A stretch of DNA of 58,064 nucleotides, filler included, from Platydemus manokwari (lineage: Eukaryota), in assembly GCA_037951405.1 (NCBI GenBank). It is 4 parts of 4 records of this genome, joined end to end, with 100 filler letters (N's around TTAATTAATTAA, not from the genome) between each part and the next. Parts side by side here need not be neighbours in the genome. Positions count along the whole stretch, not along the records: positions 25,024 to 38,604 come from JBBMOY011681400.1; positions 38,705 to 48,173 come from JBBMOY011244875.1; 2 more parts are not named here. One strand, given 5' to 3'. Shown here one piece after another: positions 31,561 to 45,406 of this stretch. How positions within the stretch are numbered: position 1 is the stretch's first letter; every line of letters begins with the position of its first letter. A program made the translations under genes and the position numbers. A model generated the notes under the pieces. It saw only the letters and a list, made by a program, of their open reading frames with translations, searched no databases and was not told the origin of the DNA.

Positions 31561-34500
31561 TTGTTGTCTGCTCTGTTTCCAATAGTTTCGTTTTACACTT
31601 TAGATTGATCTCTCCTTTTATACTCTTCTTGTTCTTCAGTCGACTACTCATTAACCGAGGAAATTAAAATCATAATTGTGATTTGATTTATTTTATTTTT
31701 CATTTGAAATTTTCTACATAATTTTATTGTTGGCTTATTTTGATAAAGTGGGATCATACTTGGAAGTTTGAAATTTAAATGATGATTTATTTTTTAATCG
31801 TCAATTTATTTTCTCTTGCTTTCGAAATGTTTACAATGGAAATAAAATATTTTTGGTCAAAATGTATTTATAATTACATTTTTTTTCATTATTTATCAAT
31901 AATATGAAATCATATAGTTTTATCCAAGGAATAATTTAGCCAAAGTATTGTCTTATAATGTTAAAATATAAGTTAAAAATAAAATAATTAGTTTATTCAA
32001 AACTCTTACATCTATATTAATTTGAGAATTCATGGGTTGTTTCGAGACAACTGATTTAAGCCTAATTTTTAATGATGATAATTTTATTACAAATTCATTC
32101 AATAGTAATTTATAATCTCTTATTTCTTAAAATGTTGGTCTCACTAAAAATGTTTTGAAACGTAGCATGTATCTCTTATTTATGCTGTAATTTTTGCTGA
32201 ATGTCAGCTTTTCATGTCCTAAACGTAATTGGCTCAGATATAAACCGACGTATATATAATTCTGATGAAGCATGAATTCGATAAGGAGTTATAGACCTGA
32301 CTACATTTTGATTTATTTTCATTAGATTTTTTAGTTTAGTTTTCAGCTTATTCTGTTTTAGTATTTATAAAGATTTAGTGGTGTTGAAATTTAGATATGT
32401 AGTAGATTGAATGATTAGTTTGTCCTCAACTTATGCATTATGGGAATGATCAAGCGAAAGTTCACAATTTTAATGTTGACATTTTATGGATTTTAAAGAA
32501 TAATAGATTTAAATGATCGTTTTAAACAAAAAATATATTTATATTAAAAGATGATGGTTCAGTTTAATTTATTTGAATGTTTTGATTTAATGGACTTTTG
32601 TGTTTGAACTTCTTAAATGGTTTTCAATTCGTTTTTAATGAGATTGTATCACCTACCATCACTAATAATTTACTTTCAGAAACTTTGTGAAGTAAACAGT
32701 TTTCAAGATTGTTTACATTAAAATTGATCTGCGGGGTCGTGAATGTTTAAAATGATGTTAATTTTTCAACAGTTTGATCTCGTAATAATTGATTTATTAT
32801 TATTTTGTCACAGAGGAACAATACAAATCAATTGTTTAAATAATTTTTATTTAAAACAAATCAATACAGGCTGATGAATTTTATAACAAAACCTTTAAAT
32901 TTTCTTTAAGAGTTTTCATAATATATTTTTTAAACAAATTATTATTTATATAACCAAAAGGTCTTATCCTATTGGTTTGTTTACTCAATTATTTAAAATA
33001 ATATTTTATCAAAGATGATTAGATTATCTTCTAAAATATTTCAAGTACATGGTTTTCAATTAATTATTAGATTCTAAACACTTGTAGTTGATTTTTGTAA
33101 AAGCTATTTGTGATGAAAATTCATCAGCTCATATAGTTGCTGAAGTTCGATACTTTGTACTTAAAATTGTTCGATCACCCTCAAATTTTTATTATTTTTT
33201 TTATTTTGGATCCTATGATTTACGATTTTAAAAGTTCTTTAACCTTTAAATTTTTTCTGACATTACAAATTTTATTATATAATTTATTGACATTTAAAAT
33301 TGCTAATAAATTTTTTCCTAGACCTTTTTAATTTAATTTAATTTAATTGTCTTAATTCACATACAATATTTGTTTTTTTAATTATAATTTTGTTTATCTA
33401 ATTATTTATAGACAATACTATATATTTTATACATATTTTATATAAATTGAATTGATTTACAAGTAATCACTAGTTTACAAATAATCACAAATGATAAACT
33501 AGTGTTATTTTTGCATTTATAAATTGACTCGAAAAAAATTAAATTTTACCAAAATACACAAAAAAGAAAATAGCATCGACGATAATAACAAAATTGTGTT
33601 CTTACGGAACTATTCAATTACGAATAAATTCTCCCAGTGCTAATGAAAATAGTAATCTTACTAATTAGTGCATTATTTTCAAAAGTTATATTTTATTTGT
33701 AAAATATCTACCTCGAAACTATAGATTGAACCCAGTTCAACTAAACTATAAATAAAATTTCAAATTCAATTAACTGTGGTTAAGGAAGCCTTATACCTAA
33801 CCACCTTCAAGTCTCTAGTGAAACCAGGGGTCTATTACGGTCAATGATATGAGTCATCTCCCTAAAATTCCTTTATCTGAATGGCATTTTAACTTATAAA
33901 ATTGATAAAAGGATTTCATGGTTATTTGTCAAAATTTATTAATTAATCTGATTTATTATTATTATTCTTCACCATTAATTGTGAATTGTCTTACAATTTT
34001 ATTTTATTTATCTTTATTATTTATTCTATTATTTTATCTATATTCTAAATTGTTAAACATATTTTTATTGAACGCAAATTTTAGAGTCAGATTATAAATA
34101 AACTTGGAACTTATTTGATAGTATTTTTATAAATTGAACCTAAATTATAACCCATCAAACCATTACAGTATCATTCAACGCTTAATCACTTATTATACAA
34201 ATATATTCCTTATGTTTTTTTGTATAATATGTGTATAACATTTTATATAACATTTATTACGGCTTTGAATTTTTCTGAAGATTTGATTGCTTTAATTTTG
34301 TTGAATAATTATTTAAAATTTAATTTGCTGTTGTTATGGCTATTTTAATTTTGGAACTACTAAATCTTAGCATGCTCTTTATTCCTAAATATGACTCCTT
34401 ACACTATATAGGTTTGCACTGAATTAATCAACATATAATTCTCATTATAAAGCTATATTTATTATGAAACTTTAGAAAGAGTTGATCAGACATCGTATAA

Positions 34501-37500
34501 ATATGATTTAAGTAACTGTCTATTGTTTAAAAATTTAGGGAACAGTGTTATATCTCTTTTGAAACAAACACAGGCTGCTTCTGGGTTCTCTCAAACTAAT
34601 ATCGTATCCGGCCGGGTCTCACCACAATATCTAATAACTTAATCAAAATGCTTCTTCTGATTCTTAGATCTTCCATAACCACACTTGTTGCGAGTTACGT
34701 TAAATAAATACAACGCTTACCTTAGTCAATAAGTCTGATTGGATGTCTATTTAAAAAGTTATTTCCGCTTTTTAAGTACTAAATATTGTTTCTAATTCAA
34801 TATGACAATTACTATTTAGTAGCTCGAGCTTCCTGTTTTTCGATTTTTTCACGATTTTTTAATTGTTTTATAATTATTAACATTTTAAAGCATAATTTAT
34901 TATTGCATATTATTGGGTTTAATAAAATTATAGGTTTGACATAGCCTGGATCAAAACAAATTTAAAATTACGAGTATTAAATGAGTGTTGAAATCCTATA
35001 AATAAATTTAGCACTATTATATTTTATTGATAATCGTTAATTATTATAACTGATTCCAAAAATTTTATGTAACTTTATGGACAGCTATGAGATTAAATTG
35101 CAAGAAATTACAAAATTAAAGTTAATTATTTTCGTTTTTAAAATAACTATTTTGATATTATTGTTTTACTCAAAAAAATTACGTTTTTTTCTAACTTTAC
35201 TCGTAACTTATCAACGTGTAGAAATTTGATCGAATAATTCGGATTACCATGAAAATGAATTAAGCTTGGATTGTAACAGATTATTAGATTGGATTATTGT
35301 GTAGGAAGTATAATATTACATCCAATTTATTAATTAAATTGGAGGTTTGTAGTGTTTGTTATTGGCTTTTACTGGTCCTAGAAGGCTTCCGTATTTTGTA
35401 TCAGGTGGTTCGAAAAGTTCTCAATGCATTCTGAATTCCTTGTTGTAATATAAATGATTTAATGCATTCCTTGAATAGCTTGTGTTCGCATTTCCCAAAG
35501 AGCGCTGTTGAAACCAATGATGTTGATATCAAGCATTTATAAATATCACATTCATTGATAAATTGTTTATATAAGAGAAATACCTCTATTATTCTTAACT
35601 TATCCTATAAGTAGGTCAGGATAGTGTCTTCATAATGTCAAAGACTTGAAACTCAATTAGTACTTTTTGATCAATAATAGCCTCTATTTTTTGATAAGCT
35701 AGGCTTTGGTCCCATTGATTGATTAATATTTTTATTCTATTTTTTTATGATTCTTTCTCTTTTATACATAATTTCTTCGATTAATGAGTAATTTCCCGAG
35801 TAAATATTACTGAAAATTAATTAAAAATTACTGAAATATTTAAAGGTTGAAAATATACAATTTATTGACTGTTGCAACAAGAATTATTTTTCCCGCTGCA
35901 GCAAGTTTTGGTGGTAATAAACGTAGACAATAATATGTTAATAAAATTATAATGATTATATATGCACAGAGATATAATGAATATAATAAAGACTCGATTA
36001 ATATTGGTAGAATTTAAGAAAGCGAAAGTTAAACAAGAATCAAAAGAACACAAAAATGTGCCAAAATGCCCATCGCACTGCACACGTAGATTGTTGCAAA
36101 ATATCAATACGAGGGATATTTGAAAATTAAATGGAGGCGACTGTTAATTAATTAATGATTACATGATATTTGCGATAACAATACCGCTATTAATTATAAT
36201 GTAAAATTTACTCAAAAAATCTTCTTTAGTTAATAGTGCTTATAATCTTTACTCACTTCTTTTATTACTTCCACTCTGAATCCGAACATAATATTTTTTT
36301 AGTGAGTGAATGTTATTATGTGCTCTGACTTTATATATTATTTTTCTACTGATGATTATCGTTAGTTTTGTCTCCATTCATTTTAGGTTTTATTTATTCT
36401 ATAGTAATTTTTCGTTATTCCATTTTAGTGTCTGGTTACTGTTTTTATTTGTTCATAAAATATGTAACAATTTTCTGATTTACTATTTTTGTTTCGCTTC
36501 TATTTTTATTTTCTTTTTGAATAAAACAACATTTTATTTTTCTCATATCACTTATTGCTATTTTTTTATTATTATTTCATCTTATTTGCTTTATATATGG
36601 TTTATGATTTTAATCAATTATTTAGAATTTGTCGAATGTAATGCCGATTTACAATTTATAATATTTATGAAACAATAATCATACAAATAGATAATTATTC
36701 AAAATCATAATCATACAAAAAGTAATTATGAAATAATATTATTGGATACTATTATTATGAAATAATCAGGTCAAGCTGAAGTAAAATAATGCAAATCAAA
36801 GCTTTTTAAAAGTTGAAGAGAATCAATTCAAAAGTTTAAATAGCAGTTTAAAGATCAGTTAAATGTAAAGATATTGAATCAGTTTTGGATTTTAGAATCG
36901 GTTTGATTTTAAATCAGTTAGATTTGGATTGATTGTTTTAGAATGTGAGTTTGGAGCAAGATTGGAATTGTATTGATTATTTGGAATTGTTTGATATTGT
37001 TGAGACCCGATTTGGGTTTTAGATTTTGGAGAGATGTTTTTATTGATGTTTGGGTTTTCGTTTTTGGTGAGATGCTGATGTTGAATTTTGGTTTTAGTTG
37101 GGTGCTACCCTTAACATATTGATATCGAACTCGATATAGAAAAAATAAAAACTTAAAAATAAATGCTAGCATCAGAATTGGTTTAACAATCGAAAAAAGA
37201 AAATGTATATTAAAAAGTTTATCGATTATAGAAATATGGTAATTTCTCCAAAAAATTTATTTGTGTTATCACTATTAAAACACAAGAAGTCAATAAAACT
37301 ATTATTGACCACAAGAAAATATACTTACTAGAAATGAAAAATAAACACTTTAAGAATTATACTAATATCTCAAGTATAAAGATGATTGCATAAGAGTTTC
37401 CGACCATAAAAGACCGGAATTTTTCTCGAGAATCGATTTTTTATGGGGTTTTGTGCGTTTGTTACAATCTTAAGGTTTTACTTTTCATTTGTTAGAACTT

Positions 37501-38528
37501 TGAGAACTTGTTCTTGTATTTGATTGGTAGATTTTCTTCAATTTCTTATATAATTGATGCATTTCGATGTTCGTTATTTTGTGTATGCATTGAAAAAAAA
37601 ATAATTTTGATTTGAAGATCTATGATAGGCTTTGGGCATGTAGTTTTATTATGCCCGAATGGCGTTTTGTTCAGGATTTTAGTCTTGTTTGTCATACACT
37701 ACAAAATTTAGGTGTTAATTTTTGTGTGTATTGATCAATGTATTATATATTGATTTTTATTTTTTAAGATTTTAAAAGTTCTCTTAAGGATTTTGATTTA
37801 AGATTTCCTTCATTTTCCTTCTGATTGTTCACTCCATTGAAATCAGAGAGTTTTATTAATCTCTGGCTCGCTACTGGGGAAGCATGTGTGACTAGTCAAT
37901 GTGTATACCCTTCTTAATTCCATATTTTGATAGTAATTTTAAAATGTTTTTCACATGGGTCTTATGTCATTATTTATTTTATTTGAAAAGATTTGAATTT
38001 TATTGAATTCGATTTTAGTTTATTTTAATGAACAAATTATATAGTTATCATGATTATGTTGGGAGATAAGCTAGGATTGGCCGTCACCAAATACCACGAA
38101 CAAATGATACAGTTACTTTGTCTGACAATTGCATATATAATACAAAATGCTAATAAATTCAGAATGGCATGAACGCTCATTAATATCGATAAAATTTGCA
38201 AAGCTTTAATTCCGTACTAATGCAATTGCTTCAAAAACTTGTGCGGAGAAAAATAATATAGAACATAACCTGAATAGTTTTGAAACTTATATATTTCTAA
38301 AGTTGTCCATTATAACTGTTAACTATCAAAATTTAAATTTTGCTACAAGAATTAGATGAAGTACATTCTTCAAAATGTAGGGATTATGCTGTTCTAATGT
38401 ATGTCAATATTGTGAGTTCGCTATGTTGGGTGAAGCGTGTTGTCATCAAATGGAAGATAGACAATTTAGGTAATATTTTATAGATGTTGTGAAATCCTAT
38501 GGAAAGAGTGTTTAGAATATAAAGTAAA

Positions 38529-38604
38529 TATTAGGTCATCCGAAAAGTAATGTCCGTTTTTTATTAAAAGAATAAAATTGAAAAAGATTTTGATTGAGAT
38601 TTAT
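38529..38604. mobile_element. Mariner-type terminal inverted repeat abutting the gap
   Basis: TA followed by TTAGGTCATCCGAAAAGTAATGTCCGTTTTT resembles mariner TIRs. Repeats commonly terminate contigs. Confidence 0.55.
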
Positions 38605-38704
38605 NNNNNNNNNNNNNNNNNNNNNNNNNNNNNNNNNNNNNNNNNNNNTTAATTAATTAANNNNNNNNNNNNNNNNNNNNNNNNNNNNNNNNNNNNNNNN
38701 NNNN
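38605..38704. other. Assembly gap with artificial linker
   Basis: N44-TTAATTAATTAA-N44. Confidence 0.97.
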
Positions 38705-39017
38705 TAAATAAACTGGTTTTACCATATAATTTTGAATTTAATTTATATTGTATTTTGTTTATAGTAACCGCTAAACCTCTAGAATTTACATTAAAATATC
38801 CAATAATAATCTATATATAATCATTATCAAATTATTATCTTTCAAATTTTTCATAATCGCAAACCGTAACACCTATATTGTGTAGGTCATAAAAAGAAAG
38901 AAAATGAAATCGAAAAACATGGAAATAACTATCAAAGGATTGATACACACATATTCAGTAAGCTCAATTTTCAGCAGTAAATCACATTCTTACTATATTT
39001 CAACCCATTTTATAATT

Positions 39018-39406
39018 TGAATGGGTAAACTGGCAACAAACATAGAGAAAAGCAAATGACACGAGAATAACAAGAAAATTTGATAACACACCGACCTATC
39101 AAATGATAAGTGAAGCCACGAGATATCAATTGAACACACATGTTAAGTCTATGAAAGGAGTCGAATTTCGAGAGCACCTGTAAGTCTTTTTCTTTGTGAT
39201 TTTTACGTTATTTTATGACAAACAGTCTCTGTGGTTGTCTTCTGTTTTGTCGTTTAACTTTCGGGTGCTGATTTCCCATGCGTTGACTATCCATTGTTGC
39301 TTTTGCGTGATTTTAATTGTTTAGCTACAATTTGGGTTTCATAATCTATTGTGATTTATAATTACAATTTTCAGTATTCAGCGCCTGTTGGTTTTATTAC
39401 ACCCAT
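39018..39406 (+). mobile_element. Second, diverged copy of the solo-LTR-like family at 6487-7030
   Basis: ATGGGT...ACCCAT termini. Shares acacaccga, tat(g/a)aa(a)gag and ACTTTCGGGTGCTGAT blocks, in the same order. Confidence 0.5.
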
Positions 39407-41499
39407 ATTACTCATATTTACAAAAATGCACACTCTACCTCCTCCTGATTGAATTACAAGAAACACGGAATAACGAAACAAACTTTTTTTAATTAAACAT
39501 CAATTCAACACAAGAAAAATGTTGATGCAAACAAAAATAGAATGCAGGTAATAAAGATTGCAAAAAGGACTTTCATAGTACCTCAAGAAGAAATAAATTA
39601 CTAACAAGACAGCGAAATGTTAAAACATTGATGCAACATATAGCATATAATGGGACTGAGAATTATTACATACATCCACAAAAGTAACTTCCGTAATTCC
39701 ATGTTGAGTTTACTTAAGTGCAAGCGGAAAACTGGGTCAAACATGTCATCATATTATCAAATTGTATGAATAATTAACGAAAGCTGTACAAAATTTATAG
39801 TGTGTCGCAGAAAGTAAGTTCCATATCTCTTCTTATCTAAAGAAATTTTGATTGATGTTAGATGTTATTAAATTATACAAATAGAATACATAAAAATTCA
39901 AGTAAACAAGTTTATTAGTAAATTCAAACGAACCCATTAATGAAATAATACAATAACTTGGAATTTTAGAGGTACACAAATGTGTATAGACTTGGAATTC
40001 AAATAATAAATTCGAGTCAGCCTTTAAAAGAAATCATATTTAAATATGTATCTGATATTCTAGTTAGGACTTATATGTTTTGAGTTTTGTTTAAAATATT
40101 AATAAATCTATTGTGCGTCGAACAATATAAATCTAATTATCGTCGAAAAATAGTAGTCTAATCAATATTCATTATTAGTAACATACTATTGTCAAACTCA
40201 TTGTCAATCTTAATATTGAGGATCTAAATTAAAAAGTTCGAGATAAATAATTAAAAACAAAACAAGATTTCAATAGATTACTATGGCCGGTTACAAACAC
40301 TGGACGGAGAATGTCGAAACAGAAACCAAGTGACAAAACAGCAATAAGATCGTGTGGAATAGATCCTCCAAATTAAGATGAAAATGAAGGAGAAATGCTG
40401 AGAGTGCTACAAAATAAATCAAGATACTCATGGATATCTCAAATCTACCCTCAAAAGGGTACGATACACACTGACTCGATGTGAACATGTGTCAATAACT
40501 GATCAGATGCCTCCAAATACTAATCCATGTATAGAACTCGATCTTGAATGGGCGCATGTCAACAACAGGTAACAATTACAATGGTAAGCCAAAATATTTT
40601 TAAAAGGTTCAATCTTCTACCATAATCGTCTTCTTAATAATCGTCGTTTCTGACCATCACTCGCCAATGGCAATGTATTTGTAATCATACATAAAATCAT
40701 TAAATTCAATGAGATTCAGTTGTAGTTCATCATACCCATAAATATCAAAGTTTTTATTTTCTGTTTTACTGCTAAAGCTATTTGACATACTACTTTAAAT
40801 TTTATTTTGACAAAATCATTTGATACTCGGTGACTCAAAACTTTGCTTGTTCTAACTTTTCCATTGATTTATTGTTTCTTGATTATAATAAAATTTCGTC
40901 CGAATTTCACTTACCTTTTCCCCAAGAATTCTTTATTAATTAAATATTTGTCGCCGTCCAAATATTTGTTGCAATATGTAATTATAATCAGCTCTTTACA
41001 TTTCAATTACTATGAAACGTATCGTTTAATTTTCTTAACTTTTATACATCATTGTTCTTCTAATCTCTTCATTTTCACATTTGAAATATATAAAAAATTT
41101 CAAACAGAGAAGATTTAATACTTTCCTACTCCAGATTTTCTAGTAAGTGTAAACACAAAACCAATGCCAACCTCTGACAATGCTGCTTTCAATCAAAGCA
41201 TGATATTGCCTGGAGTTTCTATTTTTTTTCAAAGTATCAATTCATTAAACGAAGTCACAATTCATCAAATAATCGTCAAAAATCAAACCTGATTCAAACA
41301 ACTAACAGAAGCATTCTCTTCAGGAATCTGACGTCTAATAATTGCAAAAATACTAGACCATTTGTAATATAGTTATTAAAAACTTTTATATTATCTATTT
41401 CTATCGCAACCAAAATATTCGTCACAACTCGCCTAAATAATAAATTAGTCGTATTATTTCTTTAAATCTGATATGATATCATGGTACAAAATTCGTTTT

Positions 41500-41990
41500 C
41501 ACACTTGTTTTTCTAGTCAATTTCATAAAATTTCTAACTTGTCGTGGGTTTTCTCCAATATGGGTCATACGATTACCCAAATTATTCTTTCAGTTTTTTA
41601 ATTTATCAACATCTTTTTTGAATCTTTTTGCTTTAATCGCATCAAACTCTTAATATTTTATTTAAATGTATCATAAAATTTAGGATTTCTTTAATTCCGA
41701 GTCTGTCGATCCAACGATATACTTCATCTCTCATTACAGATAATTCTGCTTTCCTTTATCTTCTAGAAGCGTTTTTACGAGATTTTTAAGAATTGATTGT
41801 TGAAAATTATTTCGATTCAAGGGATATTCTCTTTGTCGATATCCAAAATTACCACAGTAGTGTACAGCGTATCTCATTGAAGAGATTTTTATTAAGTTCT
41901 TTATCTACAGTTTTGTGCCATGCGACCTCTTCTACCGAAAATCTCGAAAACACGTAACATGTTGGATTGACATTGCAATTTGACCAACAG
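41500..41990 (-). mobile_element. Decayed LTR-retrotransposon gag/protease fragment
   Basis: Degenerate zinc knuckle (C..GRRGRMAQNCR) followed by VVILDID (protease-like). Weak. Confidence 0.3.
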
Positions 41991-43089
41991 CAGAACTCCA
42001 ATTAGTAGTGTTAGGATTCAATCCACAACGCCCACAATCAACATTTACGCCCACAGAACATAATGACAAAGCAAAAGAGCTAATCACGAATGAAAATATC
42101 AAAAAATTCTAAAAATAGAATTATGTAATTCCATAAATAGATCAATAATTAGGAATAGAATTTTACAATTACGCAAATAGATTAATAAATAAAAGAAGTT
42201 AAAAATAGAAATACGTAATTACTAAAATAAAAATATTGTGATTAGCTGAGAAAAGCAACAAAATTCTAGACAAGCATTCAAAAAGTGAATCGACAAAAAA
42301 TTACTAGCGAACACTAGAAACGCAGCAGATATTTGGAGTCAGATCGAAGAATAATCACGACATCTGCTACAACCACAGCACCCAAGGAATTAACAGTACT
42401 AAACTACAAAGGCATAACCTCAACAAAATAAAATTGCCAATACTCATCGCAAAATACATATTCAAAAAATTCAATAATCAACTTTATAAAGGGATCAACA
42501 ACATTCAAAAGATAAAATAGAAATAGGAATAACAAAAAATTAATGAAAAATTGCTCATTAGAATCACAAAAAGAATAAGACTGGTTGAAATCCATAAGAC
42601 TGACGGTTGCACGTGAGACTCAACTTCTTTTATAAATTTGTCGAGTGAATTTACTTGTCGTCTGATAGATTTACTTTTTTCATTGGCTGAAATGGTTTAA
42701 AAACAGTTTCTCTTCTACTTCCCGCACCATAGACTTGTCTTGGTGTTTGTTGCATGTTATTGATGCGCTCCAATTTATGATCGATTTCTATCCATGGGTT
42801 GGTATTTTGAAAGACTATAATTAAATGTCGTCCTTTTTCATTGTTATTCTGATTTCTCCTTAGATATCTTACTTGATTTAAACACATTCTCCCAACGTAA
42901 AGGTATATATCGTCAGTTATTAAGTAACAGACGTTTAATTTGTGTCATTGTGCAACATAATTTATATTATCAATTATACCCATTTATTATCTATTTATCG
43001 ATAAAGACACATCATAAGAAAACCCAAACTAACAAATAACCACATAAATAACCGTCATTTGATATACTTATAAAATAAATATTATAATT

Positions 43090-43900
43090 CATCAACAATG
43101 AATACGTTTGACGTTGATCCGTAAATCACAAACACGAAAGCTTTTTAAAACAAGATCCTTTATTGAGATTCCGTTGGAAATCAATAAAATCTCAATACAG
43201 CAATAACCCCATATGTAAGAAAGTAATAAAGCCAAATATCTATAAGAACTTAAAATCTTTGATGCAAAATATCAAAAGAAGATACCCAGAAACTTTCAAT
43301 ATGATTACACGCAAGAAGTTACTATTTTTAAACCCAAAACTCAATAATGGATTGCAGTTTGGTTCATAGTTGACTACTTTTATATTAATTGATAATAAAT
43401 ATTTGAAACAAATGAAGATTGACTGTTTACCCAACAATGTTTTCAGTGGTGTATTATTTAAAACATCACAATAAACGTTATCATTTTTGATTTTTTTCTT
43501 CATTGATCACAGGCGTATACCTGAACTCAACTCAAAATTTTAATTCAAGGCACATCGTAATCATTGCTACTCAAGAATTAATAATTGTACATTCCAATGT
43601 GACAGTAATAAACCTAATATAAGTAAAATCACAACTATATAATAATTCATATAATAGTCTAAATACTATTATAGAAGCCTTTTGCAAGAAACCAAATAAA
43701 ACCCAGTTACAAGCATAATAAAACAATCTCCCAGTAAAAACAATAATTCAATGCTAGTTAGAAACTGGTTAATTTCCCATCTTGTTCGATTGATTCGAGA
43801 GCCCGACCATTTCACTCACTTATAATGTGCCCATAGGCAATCAATGTTATTCTATTTTTGTTTTAAATCAGTATATCATTCACGTATAAATGGCTCTAAA
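43090..43900 (+). mobile_element. Penelope-like element remnant (RT plus GIY-YIG)
   Basis: Ordered degenerate motifs: MNTFDV (M.SFDV), NGLQFGS (DG.AMGS), VDYF (YVDD), TLSFL, then FQCDSNKPNISKITT (GIY-YIG YIGxT region). Confidence 0.55.
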
Positions 43901-44125
43901 ATAATAAAAATTATGTACATCTATCAGTGACACTCTGCTCAATATAGATAAGTTTATCACAACAAGTTACAAACAGCTGAATTTAATAATGAAAATAAAT
44001 ATTAAATTCTGGACCTCGATTAAATTATTTAAATAATAATTTCTACAAAATTTTTAAAAAAGTAAAATAAAATAAAAAGAAAATAAATGTATAAAACAGT
44101 AAAAGTAAATAAAAAAAATTTTATT

Positions 44126-45406
44126 TTAAATTAATTCTCTTGTAAAGTGTTTCTCAATGTCTAAAAAACGTCTTAAACCCCAATTTGGAGTTCTTAAAAT
44201 AGTATCAGATTCCAATGACTTTAAAATATTTCCATTGACATCAGTAAAAATTTTCCACTGTTTCTTCTGAATATTTTTAGTAACATTTAATGAAGGATCT
44301 AGATGGAAATTGCAAGATAAATAGCAATCATCGAACTTTGGAACCAATAATCCTTCTCCAAGATTAATGTGATAAATTTCAGGATTGAATTGAATCATAT
44401 AACGAAAAAAATCAATGAGAAGAACACTTAGATCGACTGAATTAGCTGAAATGATTGGGAATTTGTTATGAGTCAATTCCTTTAAAGGTGGAATTAAATT
44501 TTGCGATTGTAGATAATGGATAATTAACGAAACAATTTTAAAACCGGTGAAAAACATACTCGGACCATCATTTAATACTTCTTCATGTATATAAATTTGT
44601 TTAATAACTACACACAATGGTGCGAAATAATCATATGATATACAAAGAAGACGTATCAATTCACACATCTCTAAAGACGTATCATGTTTTATAGATATAT
44701 CAACATTTATGTTCAAAATGTCGTCAAAATAATGGCAAATTGGAAACTTACAGCAATAAACACAAGGATTGATCATATAAGGATTAAGTGTTTTAAGATG
44801 TCGTGTAACCTTTTTTAATATGTCTACTGAACTAAATTCGGTATTGTTATCTAAAATAATCTTCATGTCTAAATCACTATTAAATTTTCCTAATCCACTG
44901 AGAGTTGACCCAAATATTCTCATGCGTGCCGAAGGAAGTAATTCTCTAACACTGTCATCAATATTGCTTAAATAGCAATTTCTCAGTTTGATATCATATT
45001 CAGAAATTTTATAAAAATCATAAAATATCTGAATTTGTTCGGATAATGATGATGCTTTGTAAATAGAATTCCAAAACACTTGAGGGGATCTATCGATTTC
45101 AACATAATTTATAGATGACTTAATAAAGTTCATAGCATTATTTAGATTTGAATGTGGTATACTGCGAATTGCTTTAGTTTCACGAAATAATCTAAAATTG
45201 ATTGAACGAATAGGTTTAAGATTCATGAAAGCTCTTGTAATATCATAGTCAGAAGAACATACCATTAGTGATATCTTATTATATGGCCAATATATTATTT
45301 CCTTAATTCCACAGTTTCTAAATTTGTATACTAAATCTGGCAATGAGAGGATATTGTTGTAAAATATAATACTATTTCGAGCAATTTCTTTGTTGACAGG
45401 ATTCAT
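44126..45406 (-). CDS. MTPAP: Non-canonical poly(A) polymerase, mitochondrial PAP (MTPAP/PAPD1)-like, single exon, 426 aa
   Basis: Pol-beta NTase signature FGSTLSGLGKFNSDLDM, third Asp in NVDISI, PAP-associated region LDPSLNVTKNI and a C-terminal WGL motif. The ORF is uninterrupted. Confidence 0.8.
   Translation of the reverse strand: MNPVNKEIARNSIIFYNNILSLPDLVYKFRNCGIKEIIYWPYNKISLMVCSSDYDITRAFMNLKPIRSINFRLFRETKAIRSIPHSNLNNAMNFIKSSINYVEIDRSPQVFWNSIYKASSLSEQIQIFYDFYKISEYDIKLRNCYLSNIDDSVRELLPSARMRIFGSTLSGLGKFNSDLDMKIILDNNTEFSSVDILKKVTRHLKTLNPYMINPCVYCCKFPICHYFDDILNINVDISIKHDTSLEMCELIRLLCISYDYFAPLCVVIKQIYIHEEVLNDGPSMFFTGFKIVSLIIHYLQSQNLIPPLKELTHNKFPIISANSVDLSVLLIDFFRYMIQFNPEIYHINLGEGLLVPKFDDCYLSCNFHLDPSLNVTKNIQKKQWKIFTDVNGNILKSLESDTILRTPNWGLRRFLDIEKHFTRELI

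Noticed and set aside
32255-32295. CTGATGA...CGATA hammerhead-ribozyme-like core
   Set aside because: The GAAA core and stems are degenerate, so a fold cannot be supported.
35311-35319. TAATATTAC nonanucleotide (geminivirus-type origin)
   Set aside because: It lacks a convincing GC-rich stem, lies ~4 kb from Rep, and is expected by chance in such AT-rich DNA.
36310-36678. Hydrophobic 122-aa ORF and the many similar 60-100 aa F/I/L-rich ORFs in the track
   Set aside because: These are compositional artefacts of T-rich strands, with no motifs or splice support.
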